A stretch of DNA of 61,644 bases from Oceanospirillaceae bacterium (GCA_002706025.1 PAJK01000034.1:21533-83176), one strand, 5' to 3'; counted from the first letter of the stretch, positions 1-9,360 are shown. The notes: a model not told the origin generated them from the letters alone. Translations and numbers: made by a program.

Positions 1-1
1 T

Positions 2-121
2 TCTCTCGCTGTTGGTTTGAAACTGTTCAGTGAAGTTATGCTGGAAAATAAAGGCCACGACCTGTTCAGCGAGTTTCAGCCACACTTTGTCGACTTTATG
101 AAAAAGCTGAAAGGCAAATAA
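2..121 (+). CDS. 3' end of a small protein, DUF3861-like (partial, runs off window)
   Basis: Frame from base 2 reads SLAVGLKLFSEVMLENKGHDLFSEFQPHFVDFMKKLKGK* (TAA 119-121); resembles the C-terminus of DUF3861 proteins as I recall them. Confidence 0.6.
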   Translation, partial: SLAVGLKLFSEVMLENKGHDLFSEFQPHFVDFMKKLKGK

Positions 122-161
122 TTCGTTTCGCTTTAAGAAACACCGTAAGGCAAACAGTCGA

Positions 162-189
162 TAAAGCCCGGACAGATCGTGCGTCCGGG
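162..189 (-). terminator. Intrinsic terminator-like hairpin, minus orientation
   Basis: CCCGGAC/GTCCGGG stem (167-173/183-189); short U-tract (CTTTA) on the minus strand only. Confidence 0.5.
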
Positions 190-431
190 TACAGAGCTGG
201 TCATCCTGGCTATTTACTGTCGCCTGCTTCCGGGCTCCTAAATACTTTATCCATGCCGGTTTCCATCTGGCTTTATGTTCTGTTCTGCCTGGTCCTGTTT
301 TGCTCGGTTCCCTTCCTTTCCCTTCCCATACTTCACAACAGTAAGACCTGACTCCGGACCTTACACTATGTGCCCTATGCACCGTTTGTGTCTTCCGGTT
401 GCACAGGGCGGCCTGAGTTCAGACAGCTATC

Positions 432-484
432 GCCCTTTACTAGAAGCCCTTTACTACAAGCCTTTACTACCGTCCTTTATTGAA
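432..484. repeat. Four degenerate 12-14 bp tandem repeats (core CCTTTA[C/T]T)
   Basis: GCCCTTTACTAGAA GCCCTTTACTACAA GCCTTTACTACCG TCCTTTATTGAA. Confidence 0.8.
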
Positions 485-519
485 TAGTGCCAGACATGCA
501 AAAAACAGGAATCGCAGAC

Positions 520-548
520 AAAAAATAAGGCGGCAAAGCCGCCTTATT
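520..548 (-). terminator. Intrinsic terminator of the SYLF gene
   Basis: 11-bp stem AATAAGGCGGC/GCCGCCTTATT, 3-nt loop, U-tract on minus. Confidence 0.85.
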
Positions 549-573
549 CTGACCATAAAATTATCCGGTACGT

Positions 574-1170
574 TCACTTATCTTCATAACTGAAGGATTG
601 CCCGGCCAGGGCGGCCTCATACATCAGGCCACCTTTGGCTGCGGTAAAGGTTGCCATACCATTGATGTATGACGCCGACGCTGTCTGGCCACCATTATGA
701 CGACCGGCGCCGGCGGAATTACCACTCGTACTGGCTTTGGCATTAGCACCAACGGTCACAGCAACGGCCGAGGCTTCTGCTCCGAATTCGAAATTACCAT
801 CGGTAAATTTATCGTAAGCCTTTTTATCTTTAAAAAAGATAATTTCGCTGCAGGCCTGACCACCCAACTGAAAACCAATCGACAGCTGCGTCAATTTTGA
901 GTTACCAACATACTCACCGCCACGGTAAACACGTCCGGAACCATAGGCTGCACCGATACCGATACCTCCTTTACCTACGGTCGGAAACAAAGCGTAACCA
1001 TACGACTCATCAAAGAATTCCTGCGACTCCGCCGCTTTGTGAAATTCCTCCAGCGCCGCTGAATATTTATCCTGAGATGCCTGAGCGGGTGCAGCACTGA
1101 AGGCAAGTGCTGCAGCCAGCACTGCAACCCAGCCAGTGAACGATGACATACGCGATTTTGTTAACAACAT
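574..1170 (-). CDS. Exported lipid-binding SYLF/Ysc84-like domain protein
   Basis: Signal peptide (AAALAFSAAPAQA); GYALFPTVGKGGIGIG, SIGFQLGGQ and GGLMYEAALAGQ motifs; start moved to ATG 1170 behind AGGAGG. Confidence 0.8.
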   Translation of the reverse strand: MLLTKSRMSSFTGWVAVLAAALAFSAAPAQASQDKYSAALEEFHKAAESQEFFDESYGYALFPTVGKGGIGIGAAYGSGRVYRGGEYVGNSKLTQLSIGFQLGGQACSEIIFFKDKKAYDKFTDGNFEFGAEASAVAVTVGANAKASTSGNSAGAGRHNGGQTASASYINGMATFTAAKGGLMYEAALAGQSFSYEDK

Positions 1171-1350
1171 AACCATACCTCCTGCCCTTGTCTGCTCCGC
1201 AATGTCATTTACCACAGACGGGAGCCGGAGCTTCAGGGGATTCAATGAATTACCCGCCGTTGACATATTACGGGTAGGACTGTTAACCAGTGAAAAAATT
1301 CAGTGCAGGATGGATTCTTGCTTAAAGCAGTCTTCTGTTATTCCCAGCTA

Positions 1351-1399
1351 AAGTCAGAAGTCAGAAGTCAGAAGTCAGAAGTCAGAAGTCAGAAGTCAG
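1351..1399. repeat. Perfect heptamer tandem repeat (AAGTCAG)x7
   Basis: Directly readable; intergenic between the dnaE 3' end and the SYLF gene. Confidence 0.95.
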
Positions 1400-1585
1400 A
1401 AAGTAATCGCGGACAGAATCAGGAAAAATACGTGGAACACAATAAGCCTGCTCTTCCTTCAAGTGGAAGGGAAAAGAAAAAGGAAAAGACAAAGAAAATG
1501 GAAAGGATCAAAGCGAAAAAGACGTTAAAAATTCTGAAAAGAGCAGCGCAACAACAGCACGCAACTCTTTTCAGCCAATACCACC

Positions 1586-4500
1586 TCAGTGAAAAACCAG
1601 TTCCACAGATTCATCACCGTAGGCGTAGCGTAATTCCTGCAGCAGGTCGTCAGACGGGTTCACCCGCCAGCCATCACCAAGTCTGATATCGCAGCGGGCA
1701 ACGCTGTTACAGAAATCCAGCACAATCGGGCAGCCATCCTGCATCAGATCCAGCACCTGTTTCAGACCATTACAGAACTGATCTTCCGGCTGTTCGCCGT
1801 CTACTTTGATACGGATCGCTTTGGCAAACGTCAGTCGTGCCTGACTGATTTCCATGGCACTGCGTCCGGTTGCTTTCAGTCCACCGGAATAATCGTCGTG
1901 AGAGATCTGAGCTTCAACCACCAGCACGCGATCTTTTTCGACGACTTCCCGCACCTGTTCATAGACATCCGAAAAGAGCGCCACTTCGACCCGGCCGGTA
2001 CGGTCATCCAGTGTCGCGAAACACATATTGTCGCCACGCTTATTCTTCATAACGCGCATATCCACCACCAGTCCGGCAAGTTTCTGTGGTGCTTTCGCTT
2101 CCTGCAGCTGCGACAGTTTAGTCGGCACTAATTTGCGCACTTCTGCTTCGTATTCATCGAATGGATGGCCGGTAACAAACAGCCCCAGCGTGTCTTTTTC
2201 TCCCTGTAAACGCTCTTTCAGTGACCACTCACGCAGGCCCCGGAAACGTTCGTACGGGTCCGATGTTTCAGCCTCTTCTGCCTGTACTTCACCAAACAGG
2301 TCCATCATACCTGCAGCTTCATTCGCCGCAGACTGACCAGCACTTTTCATCGCATCTTCAATGCTGGCCATTAATACGGCCCGCGGTGCAGAGCGCTCCA
2401 GCCGGTCAAAGGCGCCACAACGTACCAGTGCTTCAAGCACACGTTTATTAATTTTTTTGCCGTCTACGCGCTGACAGAAATCAAACAGATCACGGTAAGG
2501 GCCATCCTTGCGGCCAGCTTCAATGGCATCAATCGGTCCTTCACCCACGCCTTTAACCGCGCCAAGACCGTAAACGATTGCACCGTCATCATTCACCGTA
2601 AAACCATAGTGACTCTGGTTAACATCCGGCAGGATGATCTCCAGTTCCATCTCGCGACATTCTTCGATAAAGGTCACGACTTTATCCGTGTTCTGCATAT
2701 CGGAGGTCAGAACCGCAGCCATAAATGGCGCCGGATAATGCTGTTTCAGCCACAGCGTCTGATAGGACACCACGGCGTATGCAGCAGAGTGGGATTTGTT
2801 AAAACCGTAACCGGCGAATTTTTCCACCAGGTCGAAGATTTTCATCGCCAGCTCAGGATCAACACCCTGCGATATAGCCCCTTCACGGAACGTATCCCGC
2901 TGTTTGGCCATTTCTTCCGGTTTCTTCTTACCCATTGCCCGGCGCAGCATATCCGCACCACCGAGGGTATAGCCCGACAGCGCCTGGGCGATCTGCATTA
3001 CCTGTTCCTGATAAACGATAACGCCGTACGTCGGTTCGAGAATTTCTTTCAGGTTTTCATGCTGGAAATCCGGATGCGGGTACGCCACCTGAGCGCGACC
3101 GTGCTTCCGGTTAATAAAGTCGTCCACCATGCCGGATTCCAGCGGTCCCGGACGGAACAGCGCCACCAGTGCGATCATATCTTCGATGTTATCCGGCTGC
3201 AGACGGCGGATAAGATCTTTCATACCCCGGGATTCAAGCTGGAATACGGCGGTGGTTTTCGCTGCCTTTAACAGGTCATAGGACGGCTGGTCATCCAGCG
3301 GAATATGGGCAATGTCAATTGCTGGCAGGCCCAGTTTTTCCTGCTTTTTATTAATCGTTTCCAGTGCCCAGTCAATAATGGTCAGCGTACGCAGACCGAG
3401 GAAGTCGAACTTCACCAGGCCGGCTTCTTCTACGTCGTTTTTATCGAACTGAGTAACCAGACCGGTACCATCCGCTTCACAGGCGGTGGCTGAAAAATCG
3501 GTTAATTTGGTTGGCGCAATCACCACACCACCGGCGTGCTTACCGGTCTGACGGGCAATACCTTCGAGCTTAAGCGCCATTTCCCAGATTTCCTGGGCTT
3601 CTTCATCTTCGTCGAGAAATTCTTTTAACAGCGCTTCACTTTCCAGCGCTTTTTCCAGCGTCATGCCCGGGTCACCGGGAATTAACTTGGATAATTTATC
3701 CGCCAGACCAAACGATTTACCCTGAGCCCGGGCCACGTCCCGCACCACCGCCTTAGCCGCCATGGTACCGAAAGTTACAATCTGCGATACCGCTTCACGA
3801 CCATAGTTATCCGCTACGTAAGCGATTACTTTTTCCCGATCTTCCATACAGAAGTCGATATCAAAGTCGGGCATGGATACCCGTTCCGGGTTCAGGAATC
3901 GTTCGAACAGCAGATCGTATTCCAGCGGATCAAGGTCCGTAATTTTCTGTGCATAAGCCACCAGCGAGCCGGCACCGGACCCCCGCCCCGGACCAACCGG
4001 AATATCGTGATCCTTGGCCCACTGAATGAAGTCCATCACGATCAGGAAGTAACCGGGGAACCCCATCTGGATAATAATATCCAGCTCAAATTTTAAGCGT
4101 TCGTCGTAAGGTTTACGTTTTTCCGCATATTCAGGGGAATCTTTGGGAATACCCGCCAGAATAACGTCCAGACGTTCTTCCAGGCCCACTTCGGAAATTT
4201 TGCGGAAAAAATCATCTTCATCCATGCCATCCGGAATCGGATAATCCGGCAGAAAGTAAGTACCCAGAAGTACTTCAACTGAACAGCGTTTGGCAATTTC
4301 GACGGTATTTTCGATTGCCGAGGGAATGTCACGGAACAGCTCCGTCATTTCTTCCGCTGAGCGGAAGTACTGCTGATCGGAATATTTACGCGGACGGCGT
4401 TTATCATCCAGCGCATAGCCCTGACCGATGGATACCCGGGTTTCGTGGGCCTCAAAATCATCGGCTTTGATAAAGCGTACATCGTTGGTAGCGACCAGCG

Positions 4501-5080
4501 GAATACCAAAAGAATGCGCCATGGCCAGACCAGCCTTGACCAGAGTTTCATCGCCGGGGCGACCGGTACGCTGTACCTCAAAATAAAAGCGGTCACCAAA
4601 ATGCTGCTGATATTCCTGCGCCAGCTGCTCAGCAGCCTCAACCTTGCCTTTAATTAAACGCTGACCAATATCACCATCACGGCCACCGGACAGCAGAATA
4701 AGGCCATCGTTTTTCTCGAACAGCCATTCTTTTTTAAGTATGGCCAGATCGTAGTGCTGGTTTTCCGCATAGCCACGGGAAATCAGTTCGCGCAGACCGA
4801 GATAGCCATCAGAATTCTGACACAGTGCGGTCACGCGGAACGGCTGAGTCATGTCTTCCGGGTTTTCCAGCCACAGGTCAGCACCGAGAATCGGTTTAAT
4901 CCCAGCCCCCAGGCACCCTTTATAGAACTTGACCAGAGCGTACATATTCATCTGATCGGTCAATGCCAGAGCTGGCATGCCGAGATCCGATGCTTTGCCG
5001 ATCAGTTTCTTTACCCGGATGGTGCTGTCATACAGCGAGTACTCAGAATGAACCCTGAGATGGACAAACCCCTGCGTCAT
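1586..5080 (-). CDS. dnaE: DNA polymerase III alpha subunit (DnaE1 type)
   Basis: PHP start FVHLRVHSEYSL; GRGSGAGS, PDFDIDF and FAGYGFNKSH motifs; OB fold and C-terminal domain; likely start MTQGF at 5080. Confidence 0.97.
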   Translation of the reverse strand: MTQGFVHLRVHSEYSLYDSTIRVKKLIGKASDLGMPALALTDQMNMYALVKFYKGCLGAGIKPILGADLWLENPEDMTQPFRVTALCQNSDGYLGLRELISRGYAENQHYDLAILKKEWLFEKNDGLILLSGGRDGDIGQRLIKGKVEAAEQLAQEYQQHFGDRFYFEVQRTGRPGDETLVKAGLAMAHSFGIPLVATNDVRFIKADDFEAHETRVSIGQGYALDDKRRPRKYSDQQYFRSAEEMTELFRDIPSAIENTVEIAKRCSVEVLLGTYFLPDYPIPDGMDEDDFFRKISEVGLEERLDVILAGIPKDSPEYAEKRKPYDERLKFELDIIIQMGFPGYFLIVMDFIQWAKDHDIPVGPGRGSGAGSLVAYAQKITDLDPLEYDLLFERFLNPERVSMPDFDIDFCMEDREKVIAYVADNYGREAVSQIVTFGTMAAKAVVRDVARAQGKSFGLADKLSKLIPGDPGMTLEKALESEALLKEFLDEDEEAQEIWEMALKLEGIARQTGKHAGGVVIAPTKLTDFSATACEADGTGLVTQFDKNDVEEAGLVKFDFLGLRTLTIIDWALETINKKQEKLGLPAIDIAHIPLDDQPSYDLLKAAKTTAVFQLESRGMKDLIRRLQPDNIEDMIALVALFRPGPLESGMVDDFINRKHGRAQVAYPHPDFQHENLKEILEPTYGVIVYQEQVMQIAQALSGYTLGGADMLRRAMGKKKPEEMAKQRDTFREGAISQGVDPELAMKIFDLVEKFAGYGFNKSHSAAYAVVSYQTLWLKQHYPAPFMAAVLTSDMQNTDKVVTFIEECREMELEIILPDVNQSHYGFTVNDDGAIVYGLGAVKGVGEGPIDAIEAGRKDGPYRDLFDFCQRVDGKKINKRVLEALVRCGAFDRLERSAPRAVLMASIEDAMKSAGQSAANEAAGMMDLFGEVQAEEAETSDPYERFRGLREWSLKERLQGEKDTLGLFVTGHPFDEYEAEVRKLVPTKLSQLQEAKAPQKLAGLVVDMRVMKNKRGDNMCFATLDDRTGRVEVALFSDVYEQVREVVEKDRVLVVEAQISHDDYSGGLKATGRSAMEISQARLTFAKAIRIKVDGEQPEDQFCNGLKQVLDLMQDGCPIVLDFCNSVARCDIRLGDGWRVNPSDDLLQELRYAYGDESVELVFH

Positions 5081-5338
5081 AAACCCGCAATCCTGAACCA
5101 AAAGAGCGATTGTAACTGATCGGCGCTGAACTCAGAACCGCATTCACCGACTTCCCGGCGATAACGGTCTGCGTACCGCCAGCCTGTCGGAGCCTTCTTT
5201 TCTGCACAGCTGCGGCGCTGTGCCGCATCCGGACGACTCATAGCTGAAGATCAGCCTGACACTGATCAAGATTTGCACAAAAAGCCACGATACACTCAGT
5301 AACCTGAAAAAGTGTATGGATATAACGGAGGGTACAGT

Positions 5339-5740
5339 ATGACAACGCCACTGATCGCGGTTGCAGTATTGAAGAACGGAACGGTATCCGGCCATGCCGG
5401 GCGCACCGTTAACTGGGATGTCTATGCCGTTAACGGCGCAGAACCGGAACTGGTGTGGAGCATCCGCCTGACGAAGCCTGGCAGCCTGCATGAATGGCAT
5501 GTGCGGGGTAACGGTGAGCGCCACCCTCTTCACAGCGTCGATGTCGCTATCTGTGGCTCGGCAGGAGAAGGGGTTACCCGGCGCCTGGCCGAGCGTGATA
5601 CCAAACTGATCACCACCTCAGAAACCGACCCGCTGAAAGCGATCGCAGATTATCTGAACGGCACACTGGCAGCAGGTCTGCCGCACGAAGAAGCTGAGTG
5701 CCTCGATCCGGATCACCGCAAAGAAGTCAGCGGTGCCTGA
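5339..5740 (+). CDS. NifX/NifB-like FeMo-cofactor-binding domain protein
   Basis: IAVA...VSGHAGR...DVAICGSAGEGVTRRL pattern; GGAGG RBS before ATG 5339. Confidence 0.65.
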   Translation: MTTPLIAVAVLKNGTVSGHAGRTVNWDVYAVNGAEPELVWSIRLTKPGSLHEWHVRGNGERHPLHSVDVAICGSAGEGVTRRLAERDTKLITTSETDPLKAIADYLNGTLAAGLPHEEAECLDPDHRKEVSGA

Positions 5741-5911
5741 TTCCCTGCACTGACTTTCACTGACCGGGGCGGACTCCCCTTTTACACCGGTCGGGATATG
5801 CGGAGATGCGGAGAGTAAGCGCTTGTGCGACTAAGTCTTAGCGCCCCTTATGAGTCATGCTTATAATAATCGTTATTGCAGGCATAACGATTCATAAGGG
5901 GCGAGCCAAAT

Positions 5912-6970
5912 ATGGCCGACACAAACGCCGGACGTGACAACCACACAGCAACCGCGATCACCATCGCTGGTATCAGCATTGAACCGGGGGAAACCCGGCA
6001 GATAGAAATGCCGGCCGGGAAGCTCTATACAGATACCGCTATGTCAGTACCTGTTTATGTAAAACGCGGACGCAAACCTGGCCCCGTACTCTTCCTCAGC
6101 GCCGCGATTCATGGTGATGAACTGAATGGCATCGAAATCATTCAGCGCCTGATCAACTCCCGTCAGTTCAGTAAACTGCGCGGCACCGTGATCGCTGTTC
6201 CCATGGTAAACGTATATGGCGTGCTCAATCAGAGTCGCTATCTGCCTGACCGCCGCGATCTGAACCGCTCGTTTCCCGGCAGCGAAAAAGGCTCACTGGC
6301 CGGACGCATGGCACACCTGTTTCTGCAGGAAATTGTCAGTCAGTGCGACTATGGCATCGACTTCCATACCGGTGCGATTCACCGCTCAAATCTGCCTCAG
6401 ATACGCGCCAATCTGGATGACCCGGAAACCTCCGAACTGGCCCATGCGTTCGGCGTTCCGGTGCTGCTCAATGCGAACCTGCGCGACGGCTCACTGCGTG
6501 AATCGGCCAATGAGATGGGCGTTAAAATCCTGTTGTATGAAGCAGGCGAAGCGCTGCGTTATGACGAACTGTGTATCCGCGCCGGTGAACGTGGCACGCT
6601 GAATGTAATGCGCCATCTGGGCATGCTGCCGCAGAGCCGCAGCCGCAAACAACAGATCGAACCAGTCACCGCCCGCACCAGCAGCTGGCTGCGCGCCACT
6701 GACAGTGGTTTTGTGCAGCATCTGAAGCAACTGGGCGACTACGTCGAAGCCGGCGAAACCCTGGCCTGTATCCGCGACCCCTTCGGCAAACTGCTCGATG
6801 AGGTGGTCAGCAGGAACGACGGCATCATTATCGGCAAGCAGAACATCCCATTGGTACAGGAAGGTGAAGCCATGTACCACGTCGCCTACTTCCGCCAGCC
6901 GGATGATGTGGTTGAAGGTATTGAACAACTGCAGGATCTGCTGCCAGACGACGGGCCTGTGGCTTCCTGA
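5912..6970 (+). CDS. Succinylglutamate desuccinylase/aspartoacylase (M14-like) family protein
   Basis: AAIHGDELNG, RRDLNRSFPG, DFHTG and YEAGE motifs; C-terminal biotinyl-like domain. Confidence 0.9.
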   Translation: MADTNAGRDNHTATAITIAGISIEPGETRQIEMPAGKLYTDTAMSVPVYVKRGRKPGPVLFLSAAIHGDELNGIEIIQRLINSRQFSKLRGTVIAVPMVNVYGVLNQSRYLPDRRDLNRSFPGSEKGSLAGRMAHLFLQEIVSQCDYGIDFHTGAIHRSNLPQIRANLDDPETSELAHAFGVPVLLNANLRDGSLRESANEMGVKILLYEAGEALRYDELCIRAGERGTLNVMRHLGMLPQSRSRKQQIEPVTARTSSWLRATDSGFVQHLKQLGDYVEAGETLACIRDPFGKLLDEVVSRNDGIIIGKQNIPLVQEGEAMYHVAYFRQPDDVVEGIEQLQDLLPDDGPVAS

Positions 6971-7078
6971 CAGATCCGGATCAGAAAAGTGCAACCCGCA
7001 ACCAGCGCTGGTGACTGGCTTGTCTGTCTGTGATTTCCTGCCATTTCTTTCACTGCTGGCCTGATACGACCACCACCC

Positions 7079-7126
7079 ATGACAAAATTCGTCACAACAG
7101 ACTATTTGCGTGACAAATTTTGTCAC
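7079..7126. promoter_or_regulatory. Two tandem (G/A)TGAC-N7-GTCAC operator-like palindromes
   Basis: ATGACAAAATTCGTCAC (7079-7095) and GTGACAAATTTTGTCAC (7110-7126), 83 bp upstream of the 7209 gene. Confidence 0.7.
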
Positions 7127-7208
7127 ATTTCACAAATACGCTGTCCCATAGTGAATACCATAGCCAGATTGATGTGCTCAAAGCACAGTCTCAGCAAGGA
7201 AATTCACT

Positions 7209-8039
7209 ATGCCGACTCTGCTCTCAGATGAAGCCAGCCAACATGGACGTAAAGTGCGCGCAACGCGCAGCACCACGAATACCGCCGGAAAAAGTACTGA
7301 TGCAGTTGCCATGGCACATGCCGCAGGCGCTCAGACCGAGGCTCTGCGCCCGGCAAACGTCATGGAACGAGGCCGCATTCAGGCGCTGTACAACGATGTT
7401 TACTGGGTACAGGGAGAAATGCCGGGCTATGGTAACGATCACCGCCGTAATATGGTGATTGTGCGCGATGGCCACCAGCTGACGCTGATTAACCCGGTGC
7501 GCCTGTCGCCACTGCAGGAGCGTAACCTGCAGTATCTCGGCCGGATCGCGCATGTGCTGCGTCTCGGTGATGAACCAACCGCCGACGAACACTATTACCG
7601 CAGCCGCTACTACGCCGCACTGTGGGCATTACCCGGCCAGGTTGATAAACCACGCCACAACATTCTCAAAGAAGATGCTCCCTTACCCATCGCCGGTGCC
7701 CGTCTGCTGAAGTTAGAGCACAGCCGGCGCTCACAAGCTGTCCTGTTGCTGGAACGTCATGGGCTGCTGTTAAGCGATGATCTGCTGCAGCATTACGGCA
7801 ACTGGCAGAACCTGAGCCTTAAAGACCAGCTGCTGATGCGCTTACAGGGCTTTCACAAAGGCATGAATCTGTCGCGCCACTGGCTGCGCTCCGCCACCGC
7901 GAAAGATTTCAGTTTAAAAGATGATATTCAGCGCATTCTGACGCTGAACTTTGACGCGCTGCTGGGTGCCAGCGGCACCCCCATGATGCTGGGAGCAAAG
8001 CAGGCACTGCATGGCGAAATTGACAACGTGTTTCACTGA
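7209..8039 (+). CDS. Hypothetical protein, DUF4336-like / metallo-beta-lactamase-like fold
   Basis: VYWVQG...RNMVIVRDGHQLTLINPVRL pattern; AAGGA RBS. Confidence 0.55.
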   Translation: MPTLLSDEASQHGRKVRATRSTTNTAGKSTDAVAMAHAAGAQTEALRPANVMERGRIQALYNDVYWVQGEMPGYGNDHRRNMVIVRDGHQLTLINPVRLSPLQERNLQYLGRIAHVLRLGDEPTADEHYYRSRYYAALWALPGQVDKPRHNILKEDAPLPIAGARLLKLEHSRRSQAVLLLERHGLLLSDDLLQHYGNWQNLSLKDQLLMRLQGFHKGMNLSRHWLRSATAKDFSLKDDIQRILTLNFDALLGASGTPMMLGAKQALHGEIDNVFH

Positions 8040-8129
8040 AGGCCGATAACTCCACTCGCTCAGGCCCTGCGCAAGCAGGGCTGTGATCAGGTACAATGTG
8101 TGCTCCACACATTGTTTATCTGATTGGTT

Positions 8130-8942
8130 ATGAGCAAGAAAAAGCGCCGCGACATCGTGCAGTACGGACTGCCGATCATTGAAACCCACTTCCACCTCGA
8201 TTACCTGAAAGAAGGCTCTCCTGCGGAAATTTTGCAGGCAGCGCGGGATATTGGCGTCGAACGCTTTATGACCATCAGTGTTGAGCCGGACAATATGCCC
8301 AGCGCGCTGGCACTGGCAGAAGCTCACGCCGACGTCTATGCCACCCTTGGCGTTCATCCGCATGAAGCGGCACTGTTCAGCGACGCTACCACAGCCTATA
8401 TCCGCACCCACGCTATCCATGAAAAAGTGACTGCCATCGGTGAAATCGGTCTCGATTATTTTTACGATCACTGCGACCGTGAAGTACAGCGTAAAGTATT
8501 TGCGCAACAACTGGCGCTGGCCGTGGAATGCGATCTGCCGGTGGTGATTCACACCCGTGAAGCCGATGACGACACCATGGCCATCCTGCGTGAATACGCA
8601 CCACAAATGAAACGCAAAGGAGTGGTGCACAGCTTTACCTCAGGCATGGAGCTGGCACAGGTCGCTATTGAGCTGGGTTTCTGTCTGGGTATTAATGGCA
8701 TTGTTACCTTTAATAAAGCCGACAACGTGCGTGAAGTCGTTGCCGCAACGCCAATGGAGAATCTGCTGCTGGAAACCGATGCACCTTTCCTTACCCCTAT
8801 CCCTTACCGCGGTATTGAAAATGCACCGAAATTCCTGCCTTTTGTCGCGGAAAAAATTGCTGAGGTAAAAGACCTGCCGATTGCCGATGTGCTTAAGCAG
8901 ACTTATCAGAACTCTCTGCGTGAGTTTTTCCCCGCTGGCTGA
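8130..8942 (+). CDS. TatD family hydrolase
   Basis: THFHLD, GVHPH, AIGEIGLDY, VIHTREA, HSFT and LLETDAPFL motifs. Confidence 0.93.
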   Translation: MSKKKRRDIVQYGLPIIETHFHLDYLKEGSPAEILQAARDIGVERFMTISVEPDNMPSALALAEAHADVYATLGVHPHEAALFSDATTAYIRTHAIHEKVTAIGEIGLDYFYDHCDREVQRKVFAQQLALAVECDLPVVIHTREADDDTMAILREYAPQMKRKGVVHSFTSGMELAQVAIELGFCLGINGIVTFNKADNVREVVAATPMENLLLETDAPFLTPIPYRGIENAPKFLPFVAEKIAEVKDLPIADVLKQTYQNSLREFFPAG

Positions 8943-9024
8943 CAACTGCAACTGACAGCGTGTAACGTCGGCCAGTGCTGAATTTATGGTTCAGGGAACG
9001 AACCAAAACGGAGATCCGCCAACC

Positions 9025-9360
9025 ATGTTCACTTGCCTGCCGCATTGCCAGATCAGCGAACTGGGATTACTGGATTGGGGCTTACTGATCGCCTTTGGCA
9101 TCAGCGTATTTATGTTATCCACTTTATGGCGGCGCTGGGCGTTCAGCCGCGAAAGCCATACGCCAGAACATTTACGCTGGCATTTACCAAGATTTATTTA
9201 CGTGCTGTTTGTAACAGCCATGCTGACGCTATTGCCGGTTGCCACCTTTCTTGGCAGCGACAGTGGTTACTGGTATGGGAAATTCTTTCTGTTGCCGACA
9301 GCGGCTGTCGCTTATTTCGCCTGGTTAATTGTCGATATAAACGATCCGGACAAACAATAA
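9025..9360 (+). CDS. Small hypothetical membrane protein (about 3 TM segments)
   Basis: Hydrophobic segments; GGAG upstream of ATG 9025 (alternative start 8986). Confidence 0.55.
   Translation: MFTCLPHCQISELGLLDWGLLIAFGISVFMLSTLWRRWAFSRESHTPEHLRWHLPRFIYVLFVTAMLTLLPVATFLGSDSGYWYGKFFLLPTAAVAYFAWLIVDINDPDKQ

Larger units (their letters stand above)
162..520 (-). ncRNA. Candidate GGA-rich (CsrB/RsmY/RsmZ-like) small RNA
   Basis: 14 GGA on minus versus 2 on plus in 165-480, including CAGGATG, CATGGAT and CAGGAC; lies between two minus-strand terminators; no credible ORF. Confidence 0.35.

Noticed and set aside
432-1399. Short repeats as a CRISPR array
   Set aside because: Units are 7-14 bp without unique spacers; no cas genes in the window
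1303-1686. 127-aa ORF through the heptamer repeat
   Set aside because: Its low-complexity translation (SEVRSQK) is a by-product of the repeat and the purine tract; it overlaps the dnaE end
5912-6970. AstE/AspA protein as the degrading partner of the CphA-like ligase
   Set aside because: 21 kb apart with no shared regulatory signal seen; the link is speculation only
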